From Podarcis melisellensis (taxonomy: Eukaryota): a DNA stretch of 64,000 nucleotides. A model generated the notes under the pieces. That model did not search any database. It had not been told where the DNA came from and saw nothing but the letters and a program-made list of their open reading frames with translations. The translations under genes and the position numbers were made by a program. Below, piece by piece: positions 47,411 through 61,115 of this stretch. Every line of letters starts with the position of its first letter. The stretch's first letter is position 1. The DNA is taken from the NCBI GenBank assembly GCA_964234715.1, contig OZ174284.1; one strand, written 5' to 3'.

Positions 47411-49086
47411 TATACCTTGCCTTTTTCTGTGACAGGGACACAATGTAGCTAACAGATAAAATAAGAACCGCTAAAAACATAGGGGAAAATAATTTAAAAC
47501 CAATTAAACACACACACACACCTGAGGTACACAAATGTGAACCTGAATTTTATGTTTTGTGAGTCATTCTTGTATAGTACATCTGTCTCCTCCAGATGGA
47601 GGTGAGATTATTTCCTGGTGAGATTATTTCCTGCCTAGAAAATATTTCACAGAACCTAGAAGAAACAAACATTGTACTCCATAGAATTCATAACTTATTT
47701 GTAATAGTTAACCCAGCAGCTTACTTTGGATGTTCAATCCCTCTCTTTGCCAGGATTTCTAAAGTTGCTAATACGAAAATACACATTTGTAGACATTATC
47801 TGTTTGTTTTTTCTTCATGAAAACAGAAACTCTTCAATGTTACAGTTTTGACTTACAACCCAAGTCCTCTTGGAAGAATATTTAATAAGAAAATTTTAAT
47901 CTGCATTCCTGCCCTAATTAGCTGTACGTACAGGCATCCCTCCACTTACACATGTTCCATTTATCCAACCATCCATCAAAGAAGCAAGCAAAAGGCACAT
48001 TCCAACATGGCCAAAGATGAAAAAAAGTAAACCAAGAAGGATGCGGACCGATATCAATGAAGTGTAGGGCCATTGGAGAGTTCTGAGAGCCAGATTCAGA
48101 GGCCTGGAGGGCCACATTTAGCCCCCAGGCCTGCAGTTCCCCACTATAAGAAGAACCTGGATCAAAACAATGGCTAGTCCAGCATCCTGTTCTTACAGTA
48201 GCCAATCAAATGCCCCTGGTCTACACTGACTGGCAGCAATGCTCTGAGATTTCACTGTTTCCCAGCACTATATGGACATGTCACTGACTGAACATGAGAC
48301 TTTCTGCATACAGATTGCGTGTTCTATCACTGGACTATGGGTTCCCGTCAAAGCTAATTGGAGGACTGGGATATAGAAGCCCAGGAGTGCATTTTTAACT
48401 TTGAGGTGAGTGGAAGAAGTCAGTTCGGAATATTTATGATGCATTTGAGCCAAATTAACTTTCCATTCAGATTAAAATGAAAATAGCCTTGGTTTCCTTA
48501 AGAACAAAACTTTGCTTCCTGAAAAATAGTTTTCCACAGACCCAGGACATCTTACGAGAATTCTTTCATCTTCTGCACTCAATCAGCTCCTCATAAATGT
48601 GTGGAACTGAACAGATGGGTCTGTAATTTTTCAGGAAAAAAATAGAAAAGAAATGCAAGTCAGAAATTACCAAGGGGCTGTATAGTTAGAGGACAAACTG
48701 AGAAAATGAAGTGGTGAGACACAGGAAGTTCACATGGAAGAGACTGAAAGTTATGTTTTTATATCTTCTTCTCTGGGAACTGCAAAAGGGTTTTATTTCT
48801 ATAAGAATGTAACAGATTTTTATACAGAATCTAAGATTTTCCAAGCTACTTTGTCTGACCTGAAATGTTGGTCCCCTGAAAATGCTGGAAAGAACCCTGT
48901 TAGCTATAGAAGAACATTTCAATAGTTCTACAATGGATGGGTTCATATTACTAAGTAATCCCATGTGTAGAGTCAGAACAATTCAGGACCATCAGATAAA
49001 AAGCATTTTTGTAGTTCATTGCAAGGGCTTTTGCTTTAACCATTCTCTGTTATACAAGTGTGTTAGGCTGTGAACTGAGCAATAAA

Positions 49087-49570
49087 GGAGGCATGGGGAA
49101 CCTGCAGCCCTCCAGATGTTTTCCAGCTACAATACCCATCAGCCCCAGAAAACGCCGGCCAGGGATAGCGAAGGACAAGTCTGCATTTGAATGGGAATGG
49201 TCTCCCAATGTTCACGTTTCTTTTCAATTTTCTTTAACGTGCACATTTTCACAAAGAATTATTCCACAAAGAATTATTCCACAATGTATTTTTGTACGGA
49301 TACACACACACACACAAAAATTTTGATGGACACTTTACCCCAGTACATGCATTTGTGTAAACATTACTTGACTGGAGAACTACACTGCAAAATTCAGGAA
49401 AGTGTGAATTTTAAAGGTTGGCTGTGTTTTGGTTCCCATATTGTTTCAGAACATTTGGATTAGTTTAGTTTGCCTTTGAATGCAATCTGAATCAAATTTC
49501 TCCCCCAGCCCTAGTCCTGGATAATGGTAGTAGCAGTGCAAAAAACATCTGGAGGGTCAGAAATTCCTCT
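49087..49570. mobile_element. Palindromic hAT MITE interrupted by a ~350-bp element (~49160-49513)
   Basis: The left arm ccctccagatgtttt (49108) and right arm aaaacatctggaggg (49543) are separated by an agggatagc...cagcccta element of the 6300/56170 family. Confidence 0.6.
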
Positions 49571-51416
49571 CTCAAGCTATGAGCTAAAATCCCAGTATAT
49601 AGTGGGCAAGCACAACAATTTGTGAAATGGAAGGGAGACATGCCCCCTTCCGATCTCTATATGTGTAACATGGCAGTCGTACATGATGAGATGATTTATG
49701 AAATATTTCAGGGGAGTTAGAGAACTACGTTGTCATATTCAGGGGTGTGAACATTGCAAAAGAAAGCTGCATTTCAGTTCATCCATTGTTTCTGGCAGTG
49801 TGAATGGGGAGTTTTCTATTACATAAAAATCAAACAGTTCTGCCCATCCCTAGATACACTGAGGTACAGTGCAAATAAATCTTTTTTGGGGGGAGGGGGT
49901 GGAGAGCATTTTGATTCAATGAAGGTTCAATGAGAATTCAATGAGGACCGAATACAGCCACTGGCTATGGAATGCTGACTTCTAGGGAGACATGGACTAG
50001 ATTGACGTATCCTGGTGTAGGGGATGATTTATTGATTGGAACCCAGACCAGTAGCACTCCACACTGTGCCATTTTGTCCCAAGTCCCCCTTGTAGAGAGG
50101 ATATATAGTAACAATTTTCCTTAGAGCAACAAAAAAACTGCTCTTTAGCAAAGTGCCTGTCCAATTAAAGCAGACATTCATGCTTGCTTCCACCATCCTT
50201 TCTTAAAATATCTGGCTTTTAAGATCATACCAGGTCAAGCAACCAAAGCTTTTAACATAATAGGTAACATGAATATGTAGCAGAAGTGTATAAACCTAGA
50301 TCTACACATCCTAGCTGAGCAAATGAGTTGTTGTTTCTACATGAAATGATTCAAGCAGCACAATCTCTGTACATTTATGGCAGACATAGACACAGATATG
50401 AAGTCTGACACCACCAGATCTGTGTTATAACGTGGCCACTAGGCCATAATCACTTTCCAAGCTCTGTGCTCTGCCATAGCACCATGAGCAAATCTAGTTA
50501 GCAGTTTTCATCCTGGATATTCCCTGTTCTGTTCACAGGCTAGCATGCCAGACAGCCTAAAGGCAGCAGGAAATGGACAAACTGCTGATGATATTTGTCA
50601 TAATGTGCCAACTCTTTGAGTGTGATCACATCCCGTCGTCCCCACTTGGCTTCACAGTGAGGTGTAAGTATCTGAGTTTTGATGTAGAGTTAAGTTAAGA
50701 TGTGTTAAGCGTGTGGATGTTTTAAGGTGGGTGCAACGTGTTTATGGCACAGGATTGAGAGCCATGTCGGGTAGATGATATATCTCACAAAATGCTGGAA
50801 TGATCTTACCAGAGCCTATGATCTCGGCACTGTCTGCTTTCATTTAGCCATTTTAAAGCTGAACAATATGAAATACTTAATTTTGATGTTTTTTTTTTAA
50901 AAACAAGGTAAAAAACAAGGTAAAAAAAGAACAGTTATTTTAATACAGGACAAGCCTGTTTCAAACACCCACCTTTTGATGTCACACACAAACAGGATTT
51001 ATAACCCTTTTATGAAATGCACAAATTCAAAAATGACCACAACACCTAACCTTATTATCCTTTTAGTAAAGGAGGCTGCTCTATTAAGGTGAGAAGGACA
51101 CTGCCCTGACAGAACTGTAAGGGTATTTAATTTAACTTAATTTCTTCCCAAAATCTTGAGTCACATTCTCTGCTGCTCCCCTCCATCATGTCCTTCAATT
51201 TCTAATTACAGAGACTTTTGGATATATTTCTATCAATCTCCCCTATGTGTCCAATCAGATATTTGTGCAATACATAATCCCTATGGTCAGGCCCCTCCCA
51301 TCCATCTCCAGAAGAAAAACAACTCAGCTTTTAAAATAAACAAATAAATGTAATTTTGCCTAGATACTTGGACCCTATAAACTTGCAGATTTGCATGCCC
51401 CCACCCTCTTCTTTTT

Positions 51417-51767
51417 GGGGATGCGGGTGGCGCTGTGGGTTAAACCACAGAGCCTAGGACTTGCCAATGAGAAAGTCGGCGGTTTGAATCCCCACGATGG
51501 GGTGAGCTCCCGTTGCTCGGCCCCTGCTCCTGCCAACCTAGCAGTTCAAAAGCACATCAAGTGCAAGTAGATAAATAGGTACTGCTCCGGCAGGAAAGTA
51601 AACAGCGTTTCCGTGAGCTGCTGTGGTTCACCAGAAGCAGCTTAGTCGTGCTGGCCACATGACCCAGAAGCTGTATGCCAGCTCCCTCGGCCAATAAAGT
51701 GAAATGAGCGCCGCAACCCCAGAGTCGGTCACGACTGGACCTAATGGTCAGGGGTCCCTTTACCTTT
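51417..51767 (+). mobile_element. Sauria SINE, full length
   Basis: Complete head, body and tail. TSD accctcttctttt at 51403-15 and 51768-80. Confidence 0.94.
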
Positions 51768-54700
51768 ACCCTCTTCTTTTGTCCTATTCAGGACAAGGCT
51801 GAGGACTACAACTGGGGTGCTGATCTGAGGAGACCAGAAGAGACTACCCCAAACCCAATTATCCCAACTTTGTTCTGAATACAGTGCAATTCAAAATGAT
51901 AGTAGTTGCTGTTAGCAGGGGCAGCTAAAATAGATGGAGTACAAAGTGTAAATCCTGGTAAAACTTTACTGGAGGGAGGGGAGCTGAACAAAACAACAAC
52001 TTGAGCAGAAGGATGTGGGGGAGGGGTTCCTTTTGACAGTCCTTGTTGGAAGTAGGGTTAGATTCAACCTACTCACAGCTAGGCAGCCTATCAGAGCTTG
52101 TGCTACCACATTAAAGTTGATGACACCTTCCCTGGTTTGGTATGCAGCATCTCCAGCCATCTCTTGGGCTGTTGACTAACACAGAACAAAATTAATTCCT
52201 ACACAATGATCTCTGCTGCAGCAGTTGAAACATCTGCTTTTCCTTCAGTCACATATACACTGATAATTCATTTGATTTGGTTTGATTCCATTTTCTAGCT
52301 ATTTTCATCCCCAGGGCTTCCTAGGGATGTTCTCCTATGGAGGAAAAAAGCACTTAAAGTTAGAAAAACATTAAAATAGCATTAATGGTTTTTCATTGTT
52401 TACATCAAGATGGAGCAGGGGAAATTGAAGGTGAAATCAATCTAAAACTTTTTATTTTGTTGACTACTTTGCATAAATAAAAATGTAAAGGCGATAATCT
52501 CTCCTTTGTCACAACAGCAGATGGAAAGTAGGTCCCCACTTTTCATTTCCTTCCATTTGTCAATTTGTGTCAGACTCTTAATATATTAGAACAATTTATG
52601 ATGCTAAATTTATCTTAGTGGCACAAGATAATGACACTGTAATCAATGTCTCTTTTGCAATTTCATTTTCAGGAGTATATAATTCAAGGCAATAATTCAT
52701 CCAAGCCAAACTTGGCAATAAAAAGAAAAGAGGGGAATCAACCATAACTGTTTTCATGGTAGTGTTGACTTTTCATAGTAAAGGACTGTACATGAACCTC
52801 TTTGTCTCAGATTCTGAAAGCTATACAATGTTCTATCTTCTAAAACTTTCAGTTTAGAAAAAACAGTATCTGGCACTTCATTGAGGTGAACTGGAGTCTA
52901 CATCTCTGCTTTGTTTAAAATAGAGATAACACCACTCTATGAGTCTTCTGTTAATGGCTGATCACATCACTAATGGTGCCTAGAACCAGCTGTTGATTAT
53001 ATTGTCTACTAAAACTTGTTCCTTTGTTTCTTGAATCACAGAGGAAAGGACTTTGGATATTCTGAGTTTGAAAAATGCAGTGTGACTCTTAAAAAAGGAA
53101 CTCATAAGTTTACATAGTGAGAAGAAGATAGTTTACATAGTGAGAAAGGATATTTTTCTGTAATGTCATGTATAAGATGGTTGAAAATGCAGTCTGGGCA
53201 TCTTTAAAATATTGGTTATTGGTGCAGTGCTTTCATCCCAATAAAGCATTCCTCTAATACTGTTTGACATTTGGTAGAATTGTTGATGATCTCCAGCACA
53301 GGCTTTACTTGAGATATTATACTCCTTTTTAAGTCTTGGAAGTGTTATGTGTCTGTGTTTTGTAATGAAGAGCACATACAAAATGTTTTGTTTCCAGAAA
53401 TGCCTGAAACAGGGGCAAGTGCAGAAGCTGGAAGAGCTGGAAGCAAAATCTTTACAAATCCTGTTATGATAAAAGGTTTATGTGAATCATGTCATATTGT
53501 TGCTTTTATGTAGTAAAATATAGTCCAACCTGATTGTGTTCTGAAGTCAAGAAACCATATGCACTGAGAGCTAGCTATTTCTTGTGTGGCCTATGGTAAA
53601 CAGTGTGGAACATATGTAGAGCATCCTGGATCAGGCCAATGGCCCATCTAGTTCAGTATCCTGCTCTCACAGTGGCCAACCTTCTGCCTGTGGGAAACCT
53701 GCAAGCAGAATCCCATCCTATGGTATTCAGAAGTGTTACTGCCTCCACCCATAGGGGTGGAACAGAGATAGTTTAAGTTATGCCAGTGTCAGCTATCTGT
53801 ATTCCAAACTTCAGCCTGAGTCAGCCTGAGTCTTGAGCCTTGCAGAGGGAAAATAAGTCTTTAAAATACAGTTTGACTTAAACCACCTGTTTCATTGGCA
53901 GAGGTTCTGTTGGGTTGCCAGGTCACGTGACTGAGTTGAAAGAAATTTGGAATAGGTGTATATCTCTCATTGCCCTTTCTAACTATGCCATACCCCCAGG
54001 ACGACCACCCCTTTTTAAACTTCCACTGGTACAGTTTCCACTGGCTGAGCTTTAGCATAGCCCTGGCTCAGCGAGATTGAGAGAGTTTTGCTGGCATATC
54101 CCCAGCTGAGTTATTATGAGGGAGCTGGATTGGCTGAGCCATGGCTGAGCCCAAACTCAGCTGGGGCAGCCCAATATCTGCCTATTTCCTTGCTCATCCT
54201 GTTGAATCTTGATTTTGGATTGTACTGTTGGTTGGCTCTGATTCTACCTATTTTTGGTCTCCCTGCCTTCCTCCCTAGAAGTCTCAACGGGCAGCCGCCG
54301 CCAAAAATTATGGAATGCAGTTGGTGCAGATCAATGCAACCACAAAGTACACCAAGTTTCCTCTCAGCCTTGATCTGCTATTATTTTCCAGTGGGTTCTG
54401 ACCAATCCAGGCAGGGCAGCTGGATTTTCCATTTCATTTATTTTACTCTAAATACATAATGAAAATGGTAATATGATGCTTTACTGAGACATCTCGGTAA
54501 TCTAATTTTAATTTTTGGGGCTCCCAGCTTGGTGATAAAATTTGCATAAGTATGCCGGTTTTTAAAGGTTTATTGGGGAACACGGGTGTAGTTTTGACTG
54601 CACTGAAAAGAGGATTAAAAAAGAGACTGGATAGTGAAACAGATTCCTCTGCGGTATAAAAATTGTCAGAGCTCAGAAGAAGAGGTTTGGAATATTTAGA

Positions 54701-54870
54701 ACCAATAGTTATTATTACACCCTAACAACAGAGAGTCAAAATGAAAGGGCAGATCAGACTAGGTACTCTGCCACACACGGAGCACACAGACATTTCAAAA
54801 ATACCTTGGTTTAAAATCAGCAAAGTTGTTATGATTCCACCCAAATTACCTTAGGAATAGCCATTTTCTG

Positions 54871-55192
54871 AGGGTACTGTGGCTCAGCAGAAAAGTGTGT
54901 AAGTGGTATGTAGAAGCTTCAGTTCATAGTGTCTCCCTTTAAAGGGATCTGATAACCCAGGGCTGGGAAAGCTGGGCCCATCCAGATGTGTTTGGACTTC
55001 AGCTCTCACCATCCATTAAGCATGGCCAATGGACAGAGATCATGCAAGTTATAGTCCAGGAGATTCTAGGGGTCCACAGGTTTCCCACCCCAGAGGTGAC
55101 TTCTGAGTACAGTATCTGGAAAGCCTCTGCTAGTAGATAATACTGGGCTACATGGACATAGTATTGCCTAGTATAAAACAGGCTACGTTTCC
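54871..55192 (+). mobile_element. Degenerate Squam2-like SINE with a nested palindromic MITE (~54958-55092)
   Basis: SINE head gggtactgtggctcag and tail gtagataatactgggctacatggac flank cagggctgggaaa...tttcccacccca. Confidence 0.5.
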
Positions 55193-56169
55193 AGTAGAAG
55201 TACCTATCCCCATCACTGATTTACAATTACGGTAACTGGGTTCAAAGTTGGGAGCCTATGGTGGTTAAACATGTTTGAAATTGGATTATAATTTTAATGA
55301 CAATTGCACAGACAGATGGCAATTTCATAATAAGTGTATCTAGAATTCCCAATGAAAATTCAAAATCCATCAAAGAAAGTGGAGAAAGCTGTCACATTTC
55401 CTATTCATGCAACGAAAGCTTTTACATAGGGTGCAAAGAGCCATGGAGCTGAAAAGCCAAAGAGCAATTTCACATGGCACGTCAATGTTTCAGTGGTGCT
55501 TATTTGAAGCTTTCACAAAAACCACTTGGGGGAATTTGATACTGCATGATCCGCCTTCGTTGTGCTGTCTCTGACATGAATGCCCTGCTTACCATTCATT
55601 ACAATGGGGTGAACCACATTTAATTAATACTGTGAATGGATGGAGCACAGCTACTACCATTCATTACAATAAGGGTACACACAGGAAAACTTCCCAGCAG
55701 ATTGTGCCTATAGTCTGGTTTGTTTATTTCATTCAAGATGTGCAGAATTTTGAAGATTATTTCCTCTGCTCTAGCAGCTGACTCACATCAGTGAGGCTTC
55801 AGAGAAGTGAAACTGGAAGAAAATGAGGTTGATGTATGAGGTTCAAACATTGGAGAAGTTGTAAGTCTTGCATTCTCTTTCAAACACCAAATGTTTCCTC
55901 AGCCAGTGTTGCGAGTTGCTTTGCAGCTCATGCGTCAGTCAAAAGAAAACACAGCATAATCCCTTTTTATTTTTTTGTCAGTGATAGTTCTTAAGGGGAA
56001 AAAACAAACAAACTCCATGAAGTCCTTTTCAAAGTAACCACACGCTACAACCTTCCTGAGACTATACAGATCTGTCTCCCTACCCCATCCCTTCATCTTT
56101 TTTGTTGCTTGAAGAATAAGAAAAACAAGGTAATAGAAAAAGTCATTTTTGAACGGGGCTTTAAAACAC

Positions 56170-56592
56170 ACACAACTAGGTTTGGTTTGCATTTCAATGC
56201 AATTCTACCTTATGCACACTTCTTCAAACAATAGGCAGACTAAAATGCACCTCACCTTCAAAACTCACACTTCTACAAAATTTGTGTTGCAGTCTTCCAA
56301 CCAAATAATGTGAATAATTAGTAGAAAGTGTGCATAAACATGCATATATTGGTAAACAATGTATATACCTTGCATTGGGGAGAAATGCTTGCCAAAATAT
56401 GTATACTAGGCAAAAATGCACAAGAAAAAGTAAATATTAGGAGAAAAGCCTACTAAAATGCTAATGATTTTTTGTGTGAGTTCCCCCCCCTTCTAAATGC
56501 CAATGGATGTGGAAATGTGGAGAACTGAAAGTAAGTTTGGCAAACTGAAAATATTGAGAGAAACTGAAATCGACAGATTTGTCCATTCCTAC
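56170..56592 (-). mobile_element. Old non-autonomous repeat (family of 6300 and 49160)
   Basis: Reverse-complement similarity, e.g. gagaaactgaaatcgacagattt versus aatctgtcaattttgttttctc at 6313. Confidence 0.55.
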
Positions 56593-58741
56593 ATACAATT
56601 GCAGACAAGGGTCACTGGTCGGCAACATTGGGCATCTGCCAAGGCCCACTTTACAGCAGTGGATCCATCTCTGCTTGTTCACCTACCCTCTCCAAGCACA
56701 AGAAGAGTAATGAAAGGTAGCAGCAGCAGCCTCCATTTCCATGCCCTCTGCATCATCAGAGCAGCGGTATGAATTGGACCCAGAGGGAGTCTGCATTTGA
56801 ATGAGTAGCAAGAAACATGATATGAGGGGGAGCGAGTCCCCTGAGGACATCTTGCTGCATAAACGGGAGCTGGCACTGAATGTTGAGGGTACAGTGTTTC
56901 AAGCCACATGGGTTATATGGAGGCCCCCATCCTGCCCCCTTTTTCTTCTTCATTTGCACTTAATGAAGCTATTTATGAATGGGTAGCTGGACTACTTTAG
57001 GGCCCTTCCAAACCTGCAAGTCTATGACTCTATGAACCCTTTTCTCTCTCCCAGTTTCCCATCTACAAAGTTACCCCTGTGGCATTTAGCACGATGGCAG
57101 TAAATATTCTGCTAACTGCTTTTCTTCCCCTGGACACCTCCCCCACCCAAAAAAAAAAAACACCCCATAGGACTAAGGCTCAGTGCAGCAGGACTCCCTA
57201 CTGAGAAGACGAGCATAAATATGTACTGTGAAAACACTGCAGGGGGGTAGTATAGGTGTGGAAAAGCCTGCCCACCCTCCCATGCAAGTGTGTCATTTGC
57301 AACCACAGCCTGGATTGCCACTTCAGATTTAAAAGGGGTGGGGAAGAATATGTAAAGGCTTCCATGCATTAAAAATAAATAAATGCATAATATGAGCCTC
57401 CAATGGACCCCCATTTCTACCTGATTGACGGGAGCACTCTGTGCGACAGAGTTCTGAAATCAAGTGTGTGATTAGCACTTCTAAACAGGCTCATGAAGGA
57501 TCAGCCCAGCATATAGAGATGAGTAGGACGAAAAGGAGAAAAGGCCAAGTGGAATGTGTGTGAGTGTGTTTTTAAAGTGCAAAGTGACCCCTGCTCCCAC
57601 TAAATACAGCAATTATTTCAAAGAGGTTTGAAGACTCCTTTGTGAACTTCAAGTGGATGCGTCTGGAAAATATTATTCATTGTTTGGATTCATGTTTCAA
57701 GGTATCCTCTCAGTTAAAAATGCATACAAATAACTTAGGAGGGGGAGCTCAGCTTCAGGGGCCCCCAATTCTGTGCATATAACACATCTATAAATCTGCC
57801 ACTGTGTTTGTAACCTTTGTAGCAGAGCTCACTTCTGAGCCCATGGAGTTTTTCTGCCTATAAGTTATTCATATGAATGCTGTCTGCTGCAGTTTGGATG
57901 CTTTTATAAGATTTTGGTCAATGTAGGAAATTCTTAAATAAGACCAATTCAAGTAATAAAACCCCCCAAATCTGTTGCTGAAACAAAAGGCATGCCTATC
58001 AGCATTGTGCACTGTGTATCAGTGTAATGTTTGCTATTATCTGCAGCCCTGATTCAAAATTGATCCATTTTCTTTGCTCTCTCGGAGCAGATTAATGGCA
58101 GGTTCATGATATCACATGGCCTCTAGTTGAAGATGAAACACTGACAAATCCAACCTGTACGTTTCTAGTTTGCTCGATATGAAGTAATCATAACCTTTCC
58201 CACCATTCTTGGCTTCCTCTACAGGAATAAAAAATATTGATGGTTAACAGCCTGGAAGTATTTGCAGCCAGAGTAACACACCATAAATGATGTTACATGT
58301 TCTTCAAAGATATTAAAGTATTGGGGGGGAGGTGAGAGAATCAGGTGAGGATTTCCACCCCTCTGCCTGATGGACTTGAAAATTCCACAAAGATTTATTC
58401 ATACTACAAAGGAGCTTATTTGGGTATATGTGGTAATATAAATTGTTGTAGGCATTTCTCACACAGATTCATTTCCTTTCTTTTTTTGGGGGGGGTTGGG
58501 GGGCTGACCTGGCATGTGGAATCAGTGAGACAACATAGTATAATATGAAGCCACTCTGGAATTTATTAAAACCCTCATTTTTTTTAAAGCTTCCATGGCT
58601 AGCCATGACTATACATTCACAATTATACCAATGTGTGTGTAGGTTTTAATATAGAAAAAAAAATGCAAATTTTGTCAAGCTTTGGAGTGACTTCTGGTAT
58701 GAATTTAGGCATTTGATAGGATGGACTTGATTGACTTTACA

Positions 58742-58778
58742 TGTTTGTTTGTTTGTTTGTTTGTTTGTTTGTTTGTTT
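58742..58778. repeat. (TTTG)n microsatellite
   Basis: Read directly. Confidence 0.9.
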
Positions 58779-60935
58779 ATAACACGTGAAATGAGGCTCA
58801 AAAACATTTTCCACCTTGCATGTGACAATTTTGCAAGTCTGATGATACAAGAAAGCAGGAGCAACTCAAAAGGAAACTAAAGTGAAAAACTGGATTGGAT
58901 CTTTCCGAAAGAATGAGTCTTCTTACCCACAAGGTAGGAGAGGATATCCAAATCTGATCAGAACACCAGCATCAGAGAAGATGGTGTTTAACCCTTTTAT
59001 TCCATACTGCTTCCCCCATCTCAACTCTGACTGAGCAATAATCACCAGGATCATAAAGGAGTATCATAAGAGCTTTGTTATATATCTTGAGTTGGAGAAA
59101 ATAATATTTTTTAAAAAATAACTGGTCTTATCCAACTTCTGTATTTATGAGGATAACAGTTATTCATTGCTAAAACACAGCACACTCCCACACAGGGTTA
59201 AGTACATTAAGTAGATTATTTGAAGACATAAAATGATTTCCCTTTCATTTCCTTGAAACCCTTCTTTAAATTTGACTACTATGGCTATGAGCCTCTATAG
59301 CTTCCCATTAGATTTTCTGCCAGCCATGTGAGAGCTGTGATCTGTCCCAAATTTATGACCCAGCCACAAAGGTGAAGCCAATCATATGGACTAAAAACAG
59401 CCATATTTGAACTACTAGGGAAGTAAGTGGCAGCCCATTGATACGCATTAGGCATTCTGTGTACACTACACAGAATTTTGTGGCATTTCTTGGGTGCACA
59501 TGCAGTTCAGGAAGGACTTAGCCTGTACATCCTGATGGACACATTCCATAAACTGCGTATGGCTTAAAACACATCCAGTGTTCACCTCCAGCTGCACATT
59601 GTGGGAAGACATCACTTGTATTTTTCCAGGAAGCTTGTCTGCTGTTAGCAATCGGCTCACTGTGGAGCTCCTGACAAGTTTCCAAGAAACTCTACAATTT
59701 CCCCTAACACAATTTTTTTTGGGGGGACACACAATGACAAAGACTGTCAGGAAGGCCAGTGGTGTGATAATTTTTGGGAAATCAAATTTTGGGCTCTTCC
59801 ATCCATTTAATATTCCCCAACGATACCAACCTTTCTATCAATGGCAACATTTCAGATCTATAATGCTAAGGGTTAAAAAAGAAATCTCTAATAATTCCGA
59901 TCAAGGAAATTGTATTCACGTTTTTTGGGACTCCCTCTGTCCATAATAAGTCAGTCCCAAAGACTTCCGTGCCTTTAATCATTACTGACCTGGGCCATCA
60001 TCAAGAAAAATAGTGATTTCTCATGTAATTAGGATTTAACAAGTTTCACCTTTTTGGAACAAAAGATTCATTTTTAGTGTGGCCAGTCAAAGAATGAGCA
60101 GGCAGCACGCAAGAGTAATGTTTGCTCCTGCCTGGCACAGTAAATTTGATGGAAGCGAGCCATTTCATTTTGCAGTTGATGCTTTCATTTTATACAAGCA
60201 TGGATGGACTCCATCTGTACCCAAATTTTTCAAGGCTTCCACAAAACTAATTTAAATTCTCTCAACTTTAATCAAAAGCAGTTGGCTCCATACACTGTTT
60301 ACTTTGATACTGGCACTTTACTTGTGAAGAGTTTGAGGTGTTCAGAGTTTAAGAAGCCTTTTTCAGCCGCTCCAAAGTGGAAGGTACGTGGGTATTGTGA
60401 ACAGTGATGCCAAAATGGCTGCCTACATTGTTTCAAAATCACAGTTACTTTATACTTCTATTTGTACTTCAGATTTTTTTTAAAAAAAAACAACAATTTT
60501 AAGGGAACATTTCCACTTGTCTCCAAATGGCTTTAGGCATAGAGGTCTGGAGAGGACTATAAAGTTCACACACAAAAAAATTTACGGCCATCATTTTTTG
60601 AGAACAAGGAAGTGGTCAACAAAGGGAATTCTGTAGTTTGCAGAGTCTGGTTCCCTGTGGAATGAAGCAACACAACAACTACAATCAAATTCACAGTAAC
60701 ATTTCAAGACATGAACATGGCTTTAGGGGAAAACAATGGAAGCATACAGTTTGGTTACACGAGGCATACCTAATGTTCTCAATACAGATTTTTGTGGTAC
60801 CTCAGTGCTAAACATAGTTACTTGTGAGGAAGCCAGTACTTTTAATTCCAGTGCAACTTGTTTCACTCAAGGACAGTTTATGTTACCAGCCTTTCACCTT
60901 AACTAATCTACTTGGAAGTAAGTTGAACTACTTTC

Positions 60936-61115
60936 TCTCTTTTTAAAAAATATTTTTATTGGCTTTTCCATGTATACAACCTCTAACAATATTTCTCTAA
61001 CAATTTTCCATACCCTCCCCCTCTCCTGGACTTCCCTCATATTCACATTTTGCTTTATTTCCATATTACCCTGTGTGTTGTTTCTAAAAATAAATAAATA
61101 AAAAATAAATTCACC
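60936..61115 (-). mobile_element. Short 5'-truncated L1-type retroposed insertion with a 21-bp TSD
   Basis: Perfect direct repeat gaagtaagttgaactactttc at 60915-35 and 61116-36. The minus strand has AATAAA followed by a decayed A-rich tail. Confidence 0.7.

Noticed and set aside
53108-53152. Short tandem duplications here and at 26348-26388, 47600-47631 and 49250-49283
   Set aside because: Ordinary replication-slippage duplications of 15-23 bp with no further structure.
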